The translations under genes were made by a program, and so were the position numbers. Under the pieces are notes generated by a model. It saw nothing but the letters and a program-made list of their open reading frames with translations, was not told the DNA's origin and did not search any database. A stretch of 64,000 nt of DNA, taken from NCBI RefSeq assembly GCF_963921235.1, contig NC_086097.1, positions 220,164,001-220,228,000 on the forward strand, given 5' to 3'. The stretch's first letter is position 1. Every line of letters begins with the position of its first letter. Positions 11,440 through 24,051 of the stretch are shown in pieces. This stretch comes from Mobula hypostoma. Taxonomy: Eukaryota.

Positions 11440-12494
11440 AACTAGGTTCTTTTAACCTGGAACCTGAAGCCTCAGATAAATCTTTGTCTTTACACATAAC
11501 TTCACTGAAAACTGAAGTCAGTATGAGGTAAATCAAGTAATGTGTCCAATCTCCTCAATGTCAGACAGGACAGGTTTGATTACAAATTTCTCAAAAATTA
11601 CCCAGTAAAACAAGTGAGCAACTCGAGGACCAAATGTTTGAAGAAGCACCTAGAACAAGGACAGTCTTAAAGCCACTGAATTTTCACTGCACAAAGCGAT
11701 ACAAGAGCTTGTACAAAATGAAAGTCCTGCCTTAAACTTATAAGTACTTTGGCAGCTCTGCACTCCCAGTCCTGAGAAGTCAAAAACCCAAGGGAAATAT
11801 GCTTTCAATATGCTTCAGACACATCAGTGCATCTCATAAATTGTCAGGATAGGAAGTTTAATGCCTCATCGTGCTGGTGTTCTTTCCTTGATTAGATTCA
11901 TTCAGGCTATTGCACATCAAGGGACAAAACTATTCCTTTGATACTGATATACCTACTGGCCTATCCAAGAACAAAGGCTGCTTCCTTTTACCAGTTAAAA
12001 AAACCTTCAAAGTTATTCAGCTCTCCTCAAAACATGTACAGTATTTGCTCTCAAACAGATGGCAAGATGTAATAATATACCAGTGTCTAAGTCATCAGAA
12101 GAGAAAGAAACAGAGTTGATACTTCAGGTCAATGATAATTCATCTGTTTGCAAAAAAGCTAATTAGGCTTTCGCTTGTACTCATTCCTCAAGCCTTATCA
12201 TTGCTCGGCAGAAGCATTTGATGACTGTGATGAATGTAATGTCAATTTCCCTCCCCATTTCATTATCTGATTCTCATTTGTCAAACCTCTTCATTGGGAA
12301 CATGTGAAACCCAGTGAAAACAATGATAATGGACCACCACTTCTCAGATCACCCAGCCACATACATATCAAGGCCTTCTTGCTCCACCTGCAGAGGAGTC
12401 CACAAGTCCTATAATCATCTCATCTGCCATCTCAGCAGTCACAGTTCTGGACTGGAAGCAAAATTTCCTCAGTCTGAGAAAGGGATGATCCTTT

Positions 12495-13075
12495 AAGGTT
12501 GCCTTGGCCAAGAAAGATAGTGGTGATAAGCTCGCACTTCCTATTAAATGCTTCCAATGGTTGCATATCAAATAGCCTCTGACAACCTAGTCCAGTTCCT
12601 TGCCTTCACATGTGGCTTTGCTACCAAGTCCAGCAGAACCCTTCCTCTAACAGGATAAGGGACAAAGGCGGGTTAGGGGTGCCTTAAAAACAATCGCTTT
12701 GGGCAAATGGGACTCGTCAGCCGTTGTTGGCAGCTCATCTAGAAGAGAAACTCTGATCTCAAACTTCCGCTGCCTTGCACACTCGTGCAGAAGGCTTCAG
12801 GAGGAAGATTTCCCCAAGGAAAAACCTGGACCTGGAGACCCTAAGGCAGTCTTAGATTGAGCTCGATGCTGACTGGCAGCTCCTGCGACACAGCTAGTGC
12901 CAAATCGTTATCGGTCTCTACTGTTCCTTTGGACTCACCAGCTGCTTGGAGAGGGAGAGTCTGCTGCATGGGTACCAGCTTGCTCTGCATATCACACTGC
13001 TCTGGCTAGTGTATCATGTAGACAGCTAGGATGCAATCTCCATGGTCAACCCCAGCGAACGGACGGCCTCAATAA
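12495..13075 (+). mobile_element. Non-autonomous retroelement, probably RTE-related
   Basis: Homologous to the reverse complement of 62497-62876 (gaaactctgatctcaaacttccgctgccttg...ctccatggtcaaccc). The clade is tentative. Confidence 0.55.
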
Positions 13076-13083
13076 TGTTAAGG

Positions 13084-13164
13084 CAGGTGTTCTGAATCTC
13101 TTTTTATGTCATGGGGTCTTATCATTAACCGAGGAGTCCATGGACCCCAGGTTGGGAATCCCTA
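13084..13164. mobile_element. 81-bp hAT-Charlie-type MITE
   Basis: TIR-like ends CAGGTGTTCTGAATCT / AGGTTGGGAATCCCTA and a degenerate 8-bp TSD TGTTAAGG/TACTAAGG with central TA. Confidence 0.7.
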
Positions 13165-13439
13165 TACTAAGGGAAGATAAAAATGCACCAGGTGAAGCCA
13201 TGAGTCAGGTCTGGATAGGTACTGAGCAGAGAACACAAGTCTGTTGGAATAATGTCACCAAAATGTACATGAGCATTCATTGCACTCAATTTTCTTGTCA
13301 TGGAATTGGTTTGGTCCAGTGCACAATAAAAAGTGTCATTTAATTAATATCAATTCAACATTCTTCTGGCACATGCTATATATTCACTTGCTAAATTTGG
13401 TGGCGAGGTGGTGGTCAAACAGATGACAAATAACTTTTC

Positions 13440-14080
13440 TCAGATACCGGGATTTTGCCAGGATTCAAGGACCCGAGTCATAGAGAAAGGTTGCACAAGT
13501 TGGGACTTTACTGCCTGGGGCGTAGGAGAATGAGGGAGATTTGATAGAGGTATACAAAATTATGAGGGGTTTAGATAAGATAATGCAATGTCGTTTCTAT
13601 GTTCAAGAAGGGAAGTAGGGATGATCAAGAAAATTACAGCTCAGTAAGTTCATATATTGGCAAAGAAGCTATTGGAGAGGAGTCTTACGGGTAGAACTTA
13701 CACACATTTGGAAAACATAACCTGATTAGGGACAGTCAGCATGGCTTTGGGCATGACAGGTTGCACCTTAAAACTTAACTGATTTTTTTTTGAGGAAGTA
13801 ACAGAGCTGATTGCTGAGGCTAGGGCAGTGGACGTAGTCTACATGGATTTAGGCAGGTCCCTCACGATAGGCTGATCCAGATCGTTAAGGCACATGGGGT
13901 TCATGGTGACTTAATCATTGGGATTCAGAACTGGCTTGCACGTAGCAGGCAGAGGGTGCTGCTGTAAGGCCGTTATTCTGACTGGAGGTCCATAAGCAGG
14001 GATGGGTGCAGAAGCCTCTGTTGTCTGATGACTTAGATTTAAAATGTAGATTGGCAGGTTAGTAAGCTTACAGTGTGTCA
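13440..14080 (+). mobile_element. Degraded CR1 fragments
   Basis: gacagtcagcatggcttt (SQHGF) and gcagtggacgtagtctacatggattt (AVDVVYMDF). Confidence 0.8.
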
Positions 14081-15089
14081 CAGACAGCAGATGCCAAAGC
14101 ATTAGTGAAGGTAATTAAAGATGGAGATTTTGATTTACTTGCTTTTAATTAACTTGAATCTCCCTGCCATCTCGTAAAAAAATGTCAACAGGAGCCTTAC
14201 TACCTTGCATATTTCATTTAACAAATGTTTGTTTAAGGAACTGTGTAAGCATTCAGCACTTCATGAAGTGTCCCCAGCTCTAAACAATTCAGCATCAGTG
14301 TAAACTAAACAAACCTAATGCATCTTAATACAGCATTTATATTCAGAATGATTATAGTGTTTTGAAAGAACATCTTCTTTCAGGCTTTGCAAGACCCTTA
14401 AGGAGCGAGAGAGAGCTCAAGCCTTTGTGTATTATGTTAATATTATGTTGGTAGAAATGCAGTGTCTTCCACAATGTGGTGCCACTCCGCCCCTTTCTGC
14501 TCCAGTAGGGGAATGAGTCCAATGGGATTGTTCTATTCAGGAGTAGCGTAGATTTCCTGGGCAAATGGGGGCCTTTTCTGCTAATACACTTTGATGATTT
14601 AAAGAACTAAATGTGCTGACTTCCACTCTTTCAATCACAAGGCACACACAGGTTCTGCAAATGAGCACAAGCCTTTATTAAACTAAAGAGCTGTATTCTT
14701 TCCATTGGCCATTTCGGAGTATCATCCAGAATCCAGGAGCCGACGCAAATCATATCGGTTGGTAGGATATACTGTACTGCAGATATTGATGTATGTTTTT
14801 TCAGAGTGGAACTTAAGTGACCATTGAGGAACTGCATCAAACCACCTTTGTCGCGGGTGGGGGGGGGAGGAGTTGTAAAAAAAAATGCCACTCTACATAT
14901 CTCCCTAGAGATTCTGTTTCAAGGCGCTCTTCAGAATTGTGGAACTAAAGATTGATTTTGTCTTGAAGTGTCTTAACAACCAGGAGTAAAAAAAATCCTT
15001 GAGAATGTGATACGAGTGTGGAACCAAGAATGCACACACGAGTTGGGCTGAAGAGTTTGCTTCCATGTTGCATCACTCTGGCTCTGACA

Positions 15090-16350
15090 CAAAGACTGCA
15101 CAAGTCATGGACAGTTTACAGGACTGTCAAAGGATACAACAGAATGTTGAAAAGTTACAAGTATGATCAGAGAAATAATCTGAGTAAGCGTGAGAACTTA
15201 CACTTTGAGAGGTCTAATGAAAGGGGAAAGTATACTTTTCATGGTAGGGCCTTTAACAGCATTGATGTAAAGAGGGATCATTGGGTCTAAATCTTCAGCT
15301 CATTGAAAGTGGCTACACAAGTAGATGGTGTGGTAAAGAATGCAGATGCTATACTAGTCAGGGTACTGAGTATAAGAGTCAGGAAACTATGGCTATATAA
15401 AACTTTGCTTGGCTACACTTGGGAGTATTACGTGCAATTCTGGTCCCCCAATTTCAGGAAGGATGTTGGGGTTTTGGAAATGGTGCAGAAGACATTCACC
15501 AGCATGCTGTTTTTCTTTCCTATCCATCATTCACCTGCCACAGCCTCACATCACCAGCCCCATTCACCTCCCCTACCAGCCTGTAATCTTACACTCCTCC
15601 TCAGTCCACCAATCACCTCATAATCCTTTCTCGCCACTCCCCTTCACCTTTCTATGTTGGCCACCTTGCCACTCCACTCTCAGTCCTGATGCTGGTTTTA
15701 TGACTCAAAAATCAACAGTTCCTTTCCTCCCACAAATGCAGCTCGACCCACTGAGTTCCTCCAGCAGATTGTGTGTTTTAACTGGATAATGCCTGGATTA
15801 GAGTTTCTGAGCAATAAGAACAGCTGGAAAAAACTTGGGTTGTTTTCTCTGGGGCTTCAAAGGCTGAGAGGAGATCTAATAGAGGTTCATAAGAGTATGA
15901 GAGGCATAGAACAGCCTTATGAATGCTGCTTATATAATGCAATGTAGCTGCAAAGTTGTGCAAGTTTTTCATTGCACCTGTGCACTTGTGTTTGTGCGTA
16001 ATTTAACAAGCTTGTCTTTGAGTTTGAAAGAGACAGAGAGAATCATTATTCCCCCAGGGTAGAGATGTCAAGAACTGAAGATCATGGTCTAAGGTGAGAG
16101 GAGGAAAGTTTAAAGGAAATGTGTGAGGCAAGTTTGTTTTTTTAAAAAAAGCACAGAGATAGTAGGTGCCTGGAACAGGCTGCTGTGGGGAGTGGTGGAA
16201 GCAGATACAGTAGGGATGTCTAAGAAGCTGTTAGATACATAAATATGTAAGGAATGGAGAGATATGAATCATATTCAGGCAGAAGAGAATTAGTTTAATT
16301 CTGCATCATGTCACGAACATTGTGGGACGAAGCTGTACTGTTCTGTGGTA
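15090..16350 (+). mobile_element. Degraded CR1 3' half interrupted by a Penelope-derived fragment (about 15510-15780)
   Basis: LYKTLL..EYYVQFWSPNFRKDV. CR1 sequence resumes at tgcctggattagag after the pyrimidine-rich insert. Confidence 0.75.
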
Positions 16351-17229
16351 TCTGTTCACAGGGATGATTTTCAGATCTATTATAGAAATGAGAACAGTCC
16401 ACTAAAATTGTTCAAAATGAAAAGCAAGAGAAGGACTAATAAATTGGCCCCGGCCAGTTGCAGACCTGCAATCTAGAGGACTAATGAAAAGTCTAAAACA
16501 GTGTGACATTTTTCACATGACCATCACAGAATGCGCAGCTGAATCCAAAGATTCCAGGTTCCAGCACACTGTACATGTAATCACCGCTTAATACCAAGTT
16601 CATTTATTTGGGAGTCAGGAATTGACTACAAAATTTATGCATAAATTTTTAAAGGGGTATAAAAAACCACAAGGTTTCAATTAGCTTTTCATAAACACAG
16701 GAGATTCTGCAGATGTTGGAACTGCAGAGTAACACACACAAAATGCTAAAAGAAGCACAGCAGGTCAGGCAGCACCTATGTAAGAGTCTCGGCCCGAAAC
16801 ATGGACTGCGTATTCCTTTCCTTAGAAACTGCCAGACTGTAGCTTTAATTGTTTTTTCACTTTAAGACCATTATTAAACATTTGCCTGCAGAAATTAGCA
16901 TGCAAGCATTGTATTAATCTGTACCAACTGTGAAAACTTCTAAACCTGCTCTCACAAGCTGTACACTTTACAGAAGCATCTTTGACCTTGTAATGAACAT
17001 CTATAATTTTATAAGCTGTAATTTTTCTCAGCTTGAGAAGATGATGACTGCTGTTAAGAGTACTAAAATGTTAATGAAAATGTTGAAATAGACAATTATA
17101 GCAGTAACAAGAAACATCTTGCAGTTTTGAGAAGAGTTAGGGAGTATATCAGACCATTAAAGATGTTCAAGAACAGATCACAAGGAACTGAACAGCTTTG
17201 ACAAAAAAAAACTGAAAGAGCATTTTCTA

Positions 17230-17420
17230 TCACAAACAAGAGAAAATCTGCAGATGCTGGAAATCCGAGCAACACACACAAATTGCTGGAGGAACTCAGC
17301 AGGCCAGGCAGGATCTACAATAAAAAGTACAATCTACGTTTCGGGCTGAGACCCTTCGGCAGAACTGGAGAAAAAAATATGAGGAGTAGATTTGAAAGGT
17401 GGGGGGGGAAGGGAGAAAGA
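17230..17420 (-). mobile_element. Penelope-derived terminal fragment with hammerhead-like motif
   Basis: Minus strand reads cagttctgccgaagggtctcagcccgaaacgtagattg...gagttcctccagc...ccagcatctgcagattttctcttgtttgtga. Confidence 0.75.
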
Positions 17421-17584
17421 AACGTCAGCACTTTCAATTTTTCTCTACTCCTGAGTTCAAAAACTTGACCAATTCATTTACATATTTAACATCAAATAAT
17501 AAATGTTTATTTAATTATTACTTCAGGAAAATATGGTCTTGAAAGTAGGTGAAGCAACCTGGATGATATACCTCACACAAGGGT

Positions 17585-17800
17585 GGCACACAGCGCCAGT
17601 GTCCCGGGTTCAATTCTCACTGCTGTAAAGAAGGAGTATGTACATTCGCCCTGTGACCACATGGGCTTCCTTTGTGTGCTCTCCTTTCCACCAACACCCC
17701 AAAGATGGATGGGTGAGTATGTTGATTGGTCACATGGGTGTAATTGGGCGGTGCAGGCTCAATGGGCTGGAAGGGCCTCTAACTGTGTTCTATCTCCAAA
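17585..17800 (+). mobile_element. V-SINE-like element
   Basis: cccgggttcaattc B-box, gtatgtacattcgccctgtgacc core and tail gggctggaagggcct. Confidence 0.6.
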
Positions 17801-17834
17801 AACAAGTAGGATGCATTTTGTCCATACTTACATA

Positions 17835-18745
17835 CAACATAGAAATTTACAGCACGTTACAGGCTCTTCAACCCAGAATGTTGTACCGACCATGTAACCT
17901 ACTCTAGAAACTGCCTAGAATCTCCCTACAGAATACCCCTCCATTTTTCTAAGCTCTATGTACCTATCTAAGAGTCTCTTAAAAGACCCTATTGTACCTG
18001 CCCCTACCACTGTCACTGACAGAGCATTCCACACACCCACCACTCTCTGTGTCAAAAACGTACTTCTGACATCCCACCTGTACCTACTTCTATGCACCTG
18101 AAAACTATGCCCCCTCTTGTTAGCCACTTCAGCTCTGGGAGAAAGCCACTGGGATGATCAATGCCTCTCATCATCTTATCGTCGTCATGGCTGTCCCTCG
18201 AGGACGAGGATGATGGTCTTCATTCTGAAGGAGTGGCCCACAGAGCGAAGACGCCTGTGCGTGTATTTGTTTAACGTGTACTTGATGTCGCACTCCAAGA
18301 AGCACACGATACTTCACAAATCAACCAACTGGTTCCAATTGCATGGAAACCACGACGATTGGAGCTGATGAATTTGTTGCAGCCTTCACCCGCCTTCACA
18401 GCCGTTGAGTTCGAAGTAACTTCATCCGCCTGTTCCACCGTTGATGTCTTGGTTGGATTGTTCTTTGTCAGGGATCTCACCCTTGACCTTACCGCCATGG
18501 GTGATATACCCCACCAGGAGCATAGCTCCAGACGGCATTGCTCTCGGAATCACAGGACCACACAAGCTTCTCCACCATGACAAGGTGACAATCCATGGAG
18601 AAGCGTCACCTTATACACCTCTATCTGGTCACCTCTCATCCTCCATCGCTCCAAGGAGAAAAGGCCAAGTTCATTCAACTTATTCTCATAAGGCATGCTC
18701 TCCAATCCAGGCAATATCCTTGTAAATCTCCTCTGCACCCTTTCT
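17835..18745 (-). mobile_element. CR1 3' end, split by an RTE-derived insertion
   Basis: [21 protein letters not shown] and TQRVVGVWNAL, with a TTCTATG-type tail at about 17835. Confidence 0.9.
18180..18605 (-). mobile_element. Bipartite non-autonomous RTE element (5' UTR joined to 3' end)
   Basis: 9-bp TSD TCATCTTAT/TCACCTTAT (18171-18179, 18606-18614). The 5' end gtcaccttgtcatggtggagaagcttg is typical of RTE 5' UTRs. Short (GAC)n-like tail. Confidence 0.8.
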
Positions 18746-18929
18746 TACCATATTTTAATAGTTCAAATCTAGAGTATGATTAGCCCAATAGCTGACATCA
18801 ATAATAACAACAAGGCTTGAAGGAATTATCAATGGTGCAATATGCAGTACAATTGCTTGGATGGAAATGGTCACCTCAGTATTCCTCAAAATGGTTCCTT
18901 AACTAATGATGTCCAGGAGTCATGAAGTT

Positions 18930-19305
18930 GTGGGGTGACAGGGTGGAGATCTGTCTCTGCCAAAGGAGGTGTAAGGCACTGCTTCCCTCTGCTAGTCTGC
19001 AGGTCACCCTTGGGCAAGGTGTAGCACCTGCTTAGCCCCCTGATTAGGGTCACGTGAAGCCATGGGAGCAGGTGATGGATGGTCGTACGAGCAGCTGGTG
19101 CATAAGACAAGTCCTGGTTATGTGACCACTGACAGCAGGGAGACAATCTCTGAAGAATATTGATAACGGCTGGGGTCACCAGTCTTGTAAAGACCATGCC
19201 AGAAGGCAATGACAAATAACTTCTGCAGAAAAATTTGCCAAAAACAATCGTAGTCACGAGACCATGATCGTCTACGTCATATGACACAGCACATAGTGAT
19301 GATGG
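18930..19305 (+). mobile_element. SINE-like element, same family as 7462-7866
   Basis: Shares caggtcacccttgggcaaggtgtagcacctgcttagcc and the 3' tail. Confidence 0.75.
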
Positions 19306-19989
19306 TGTCCAGGAATCATGAAGTTATACGCCATAGATGCAGACCCTTCGAAACAACTCATCCATGAAAACCAAGTTGCCTACTTGACCAGTCCCATTTG
19401 CCTACATTTGGCCTATGTTCCTCTAAGTTATCCCATCCTGATTAAATATTTTTTTTAAAAAAACACTGCAGCTTTACACAGCTCTACTGCTTCCTCTGGA
19501 AGACTACTCCATAAAAACACTCCCCTATAAATCTTTCGCCTCAAACTTTCAACCTATGACCTAACTTACCCAGTCTCTGCTTGCGACTCAAGTCCCAGTA
19601 ACATGAGTATCTTTTCAGATTCAGGTTCATTTATTTATCACATGTATATCAAAACATGCAGTGAAATGCATCATTTGGTTTAACAACCTATACAACCCAA
19701 GGATATACAGGGGGCAGCCAGCAAGTGTCGCCACACATCCCGGTAACAACATAGCATGCCCACAATCCTCAGCAGAACAACACAAGCAAACACAACACCA
19801 AAAATACCAGCAATAAAACAAAATAACAACAGCAATACCAGACCCTTTGCCACCCTCACACCCACCCACCCACAAGCAGGCCAGTCCCTGGACAGGCCGC
19901 CTCTGGGCTTCCGACCCAGTTCTTGGCCCCGGACACTCGGCTTTGTAGACATTGAGCCTTCAACCTTCAGTCCCTGGTATAGACTTCAC

Positions 19990-20400
19990 CCCTTCTAGCA
20001 TAATGATATCCTTCCTATCACTAAGTAATCAGAAGTATATGCAACATTCCAAATGTGATCTTACCAATGTCTTGTACAGCTGTAACATGACATCCCAAAT
20101 CTTATACTCAATTCTCTGATCAATGAAGGTAATCATTCCAAACACTTTTCTCACCAGCCTATCTACCCGCGTTGCCACTTTTAGGAAATAAATACTTTTA
20201 CCTCCAGTTCACTCCGTTCTACAACATTCTCCATGAACCTGTCACTTACTGTGCATGTCCTGCCCTGGTTTAACTTACCAAAATGCAACACATTGCACTT
20301 GTCCAAATTAAATTCCATCTGCCATGTTTGGCCCATTTTCCAGGTTGATCTAGATCCTGTTTTGATCTTAGCTAACCTTCTTCACTCTCCACTATACGAC
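19990..20400 (-). mobile_element. Degraded CR1 RT fragment
   Basis: Minus strand has tggcagatggaatttaat (WQMEFN) and ctgtacaagacattggtaagatcacatttggaa (LYKTLVRSHLE). Confidence 0.8.
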
Positions 20401-20594
20401 TGACAACCTTTTACCTGCTACCAGCAAAGTACTCTCTCACTGAACTTCAGACACTTGTCCTGCCTCATTTCCCAAGAAGATGGTTATGTTACCCCCTCTC
20501 TACTATAGTCATCTACCTAATACATGAGGAAATGGTCCTGGACATATTTAACAAATCCTATCCCATCCAAACTCTGGCAGTCCAAGTTCAATAT

Positions 20595-22592
20595 TCATCA
20601 TTATTATCATGTGCCATGTCGTATGACATGGACCAGCTTGGTCTCATAACCATGACTGTTCTTGGCAAATTTTTCTACAGAAGTGGTTTGCCATTGCCTT
20701 CTTCTGGGCAGTGTCTTTCCAAGATGGGTGACCCCAGCCATTATCAATACTCGTCAGAGATTGTCCGCCTGGTGTCAGGACTTGTGATATGCACCAGCTG
20801 CTCATACGACCATCCACCACTTCAAGTCAAGTCAAGTTTATTGTCATTTCGACCATAAGCTGCTGGTACAGTACACAGTAAAAACAATAGGCACAGTAGA
20901 GGACAAATTACAATATAATAATAAATGATGTAGATGTCAGGCTAGACTCTGAGTATTGAGGAGTCTGATGACTTGGGGGAAGAAGCTGTTGCACAGTCTG
21001 GTCGTGAGAGCCCGAATGGCAGGAGGGAGAAGAGTTTGTGTGAGGGGTGCATGGGGTCCTTCACAATACTGTTAGCTTTGAAGGTGCAGCGTGTGGTGTA
21101 AATGTCTGTAGTAGCAGTAAGAGAGACCCCGATGATCTTCTCAGCTGACCTCAATATCCGCTGCAGGGTCTTGAGACCCGAGACGGTGCGATTCCCGAAC
21201 CAGGCAGTGATGCAGCTGCTCAGGATGCTCTCGATACATCCTCTGTAGAATGCGGTGAGGATGGAGGGGTGGGAGATAGACTTTTCTCAGCCTTCGCAGC
21301 AAGTAGAGAGGCTGCTGGGCTTTCTTGGCTATGGAGCTGGTGCTGAGGGACCAGGTGAGATTCTCCGCCAGATGAACACCAAGAAATTTGGTGCTCTTAA
21401 CGATCTCAACGGAGGAGTCATCAAAGTTCAGCGGAGAGTGGTCGCTCCGTGCTCTCCTGAAGTCAACAACCGTCTCTTGCTTTGTTCATATTCAGAGACA
21501 GGTTGTTGGCTCTGCACCAGTCCGTTAGCCGCTGCACCTCCTCTCTGTATGCTGACTCGTCGTTCTTGCTGATGAGACCCACCACAGTCATGTCATCGGC
21601 GAACTTGATGATGTGGTTCGAGTTGTGTATTGCTGCACAGTCGTGGGTCAGCAGAGTGAACAGCAGTGGACTGAGCACACAGCCCTGGGGAGCCCCCGTG
21701 CTCAGTGTGATGGTGTTGGAGATGCTGCTTCCAATCCGGACTGACTGAGGTCTCCAAGTCAGGAAGTCTAGGATTCAGTTGCAGAGGGAGGTGTTCAGGC
21801 CCAGCAGTTTCAGCTTTCCAATCAGGTGCTGAGGAATGATTGTGTTGAATGCTGAACTGAAGTCTATGAACAGCATTTGAAGGTCCGTGTCTTTTTTGTC
21901 CAGGTGGGTTAGGGCTAGGTGGAAGGTGATGGCGATGGCATCGTCTGTTGAAGGGTTGAGACGGTACGCGAACTGCAGGGGGTCCAGTGAGGGGGGCAGC
22001 AGGGTCTTGATGTGCCTCATGACGAGCCTCTCGAAACACTTATGGATGTGAGAGCAACGGGACAGTAGCCGTTGAGGCAGGACACTGAAGACTTCTTCGG
22101 CACGGGGACGATGGTGGCGGCCTTGAAGCACGTTGGAATGACGGCGCTACTCAGGGAGGTGTTGAAGATGTCAGTGAGAATATCTGCCAGCTGGTCTGCA
22201 CATCCTCTGAGCACTCTGCCAGGAATATTGTCTGGTCCAGCAGCCTTCCATGGGTTGACCCTGCATAGAGTTTTCCTCACACTGGCCACAGTAAGACACA
22301 GCACCTGAGGAGGAGGAGTGGTCTTCCTCACCACCACGTCATTTTCCACCTCAAAACGAGCGTAGAAGTTGTTCAACACATCTGGGAGGGAAGCATCACC
22401 AGCACAGGCAGGTGATGTCCTGTGGTTGCTGATGTCCTGAATGCCCTTCCACTTGCTCCCATCCCTTCACGTGACCTTGATCAGGTTGGCTAAGTAGGTG
22501 GTACACCTTGTCCAATGGTAACCGGCAGACTAGCGGAGGGAAGGAGCGCTTTACACCTGCTTTGGTAGAGACGTACCTCCACCTAGCCACCC
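20595..22592 (-). mobile_element. SINE-like element (7462 family) split by a Rex1 insertion
   Basis: The halves 20595-20822 and 22449-22592 rejoin into the family sequence. Confidence 0.75.
20823..22448 (-). mobile_element. 5'-truncated Rex1/Babar LINE
   Basis: [47 protein letters not shown]. (TTGAC)n tail and a flanking CCACTT repeat. Confidence 0.92.
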
Positions 22593-22599
22593 ACAGTCG

Positions 22600-23222
22600 A
22601 TATCTGGGAAGTTAAAACGGCAGAAGGAGAGAGAGAGCAGCGCACCACGCATGCGCAGCCTTCCAGTGAAAAATGTTATCGCATCCGTTAAATAGGGGCC
22701 GTGGACAATTCTGATTTGATGGAGATTGACGTGAAAGCACAGAGGAACATCTGGAGAAATTTCTGAAACGCCAGTTCGCTGCTGTTGTTACTGTGCAGTT
22801 GGGAATCTTCCGGAGGGAAGGCCTCAAAATCCCCGGCTTTGCCTGCTGCTGGTGACCGAGGCTGAGTTCAAATCGTTCAGACAGATGGTGCTCAGTACTT
22901 AAGTTTTCAGATGACTCAGAGTCAGACTGTGGTCGGGCATGGCAGGGAGAGTTTTTCTTCCTTCTCCCGTCTGCGTGAGATGTGGGACATTTGAGAGACT
23001 TTGAACTTTTTACTGTGCTCATGGAATTCTTCATCAAGTTATGGTATTGTTGCTCTGTTGTAACTATATGTTATAATTATGTAGTTTTGTTAGTTTTTTC
23101 AGTCTTGGTCTGTCCTGTGTTTTGTGATATCACACCGGAGGAAATACTGTATCATTTCTTAATGCATGCATTACTAAATGACAATAAAAGAGGACTGCGT
23201 GTCTTCATAATCTAAATCTATT
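22600..23222 (+). mobile_element. Non-autonomous element with Rex1-like 3' tail
   Basis: Non-coding body ending caccggaggaaatactgtatcatttc...aatgacaataaaag...(aatcta)n. Confidence 0.5.
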
Positions 23223-24051
23223 ACAACCCTATTATTCTTTCAGCTTTCTGCAATCTCCCTACATATTTATTCCTCTAATTCACACTGATTGTTGAGGGGC
23301 CTAAAGTACAACCTCAAAATGATCACTCCCTAAGTTTCACCCATATAGCGTCAATTTCAGGAACATCCCAAGTATTCTTGTTATGCTCACCTTACTCAAA
23401 AATGCAGTCCCACTTCTCTCTTACCTCCACCCTTATCACACTGGTAGCATCTGGACTCCAGAACATTAAGTTACCAACCCTGCACATCCCTTAACCATGT
23501 TTCTTTAAAAGCTTTCATATATCTGTCCCATGTACCTATCTATGGCAAGAGTTCTCTGTCAGGGTCATCATATTAAAATAAGTCATGCCTTGGAATTCCA
23601 ATTGTTTCCTTTGAAAAAGACACTAAAATATCAATGAATTTTCAGAAAAGCTTTTAAAGAGGTATTGCACACAAGATTTCTCTGCCTAATCTGGAGGCAG
23701 TGATAACATATCGACAACTTGGTTGAAGGGAAAAAGCAGTAAGTCATGATACTTGGATTGAGATGTTATATTAGACAATTTCCAGTATCCAATAAGGACC
23801 GCTGTTTGGCCAAATGCCCTTTCTATTGATCAGTGATCTCGAAATTCACTTCACATTTATTGATGTTCAAGAGGTGCTACAATACTTTGCTGCAGTGCAC
23901 TGTACATAATTGCCATAACTTATTAGGCACCCACCAAGTATTATCCTCATTCTTTCAAAAGTATTGTTCCCAACCACTTTGTATTTCCAATTTTAAGTAT
24001 AAAAAATGATTCCTTAGAAGGCAATCCAGATCAACTAATCACAGAAATCGT

